A stretch of DNA of 64,000 nt, taken from Christensenellaceae bacterium (GTDB taxonomy: Bacteria; Bacillota; Clostridia; Christensenellales; CAG-138). The notes under the pieces were generated by a model. That model saw only the letters and a program-made list of their open reading frames with translations. It was not told the DNA's origin and searched no databases. This document shows, piece by piece, positions 63,640 to 64,000 of this stretch. The DNA lies in the NCBI GenBank assembly GCA_963667195.1, contig OY762962.1, positions 1,754,591 to 1,818,590 on the forward strand. The letters are read 5' to 3'. Both the position numbers and the translations under genes were made by a program. Every line of letters begins with the position of its first letter. Position 1 is the first letter of the stretch.

Positions 63640-63900
63640 CTCCAAATAATATCGTCGTAAAATAAAAAGCATGCCGCCCGCATGTAAGGACGGCACGCAA
63701 AACATCGCGAACCGAATAACCACCTTACTTCCCCGTTCAGGAGGGGGCATAAGTTTCCGCTGTATCGGGCGGAGACCCGCCGCGGCTGAGGCAAATGAAG
63801 CGTTCACCGCGAGGAGCTCGGGAGCCATGTTCGCAAAGCGCGCGATTTCGGGCTTTCACCTGACCCCGAATCTCTCTTCAAACGCGCAACGATGCTACTC
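63640..63900 (-). promoter_or_regulatory. T-box leader (Met specifier) with terminator, upstream of metG
   Basis: Minus strand carries GAAGAGAGA and GGTGAAAGCC stem I elements, a candidate specifier AACAUGGC (AUG at 63826-63828), a T-box-like AAGTAAGGTGGTTAT, and then the terminator GUGCCGUCC...GGGCGGCAU plus a U-run (63661-63697). Confidence 0.7.
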
Positions 63901-64000
63901 TTTCCTGTCATCGCTCATATCGTCAAAATAGCGTATCACCAATATAGGAAGGTTGTCAAGTACGCGCGTTCGTGCTAAGATAGGTTGAATTTCTTCCTAA

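Noticed and set aside
61707-63665. 652-aa plus-strand ORF antisense to metG.
   Set aside because: A shadow ORF. metG on the minus strand has the HIGH and KMSKS motifs and a T-box leader.
1-64000. CRISPR arrays, tRNA or rRNA genes, IS elements, integrases and prophage structural genes.
   Set aside because: No short regularly spaced repeats, cloverleaf-sized conserved segments in intergenic regions, or transposase- or integrase-like ORFs were found on either strand.

Overview
64-kb chromosomal window from a high-GC anaerobe that looks Clostridia-like. This lineage call is an inference from a fabK-type FAS II operon, a T-box leader, a Cheo-type LexA box, a YolD partner protein and sigmaA-like promoters. 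No rRNA, tRNA, CRISPR array, transposase or integrase was found. Gene order: (1) 1-8.7 kb, one FAS II operon: accB (3' end), accC, accD, accA, fabH, acpP, fabK, fabD, fabG, fabF, fabZ. (2) 9.0-13.2 kb, a P-type ATPase with Na,K-ATPase-like cation-site motifs, translationally coupled to two different RCK/TrkA genes. (3) 13.3-23.4 kb on the minus strand, a 12-gene group-4 membrane-bound [NiFe]-hydrogenase operon. Its subunit set mirrors complex I without NuoEFG. hypFCDE lies directly upstream (23.6-28.2 kb). (4) 28.3-36.9 kb, a sugar cassette: two LacI regulators, a TIM-barrel isomerase, a Gfo/Idh/MocA oxidoreductase and a ribose-type ABC transporter. (5) 37-42.3 kb: U32 peptidase-family protein, ROK kinase, PfkB kinase and MFS transporter. 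(6) 42.5-44.6 kb, a doubly membrane-anchored protein with six tandem Cys-containing repeats. (7) 44.9-55.5 kb, a molybdenum cofactor and molybdate-uptake cluster with extra MoeA-like and MOSC genes but no MPT synthase. (8) 55.9-60.2 kb, an AT-richer patch holding unknown membrane proteins and an SOS-box Y-family polymerase/YolD pair. (9) 60.3-63.9 kb: TatD, GNAT and metG with a Met T-box leader. The most unusual items are the ATPase-RCK operon, the complex-I-like hydrogenase and the six-repeat envelope protein. Many long antisense ORFs in the six-frame track are high-GC shadow ORFs.
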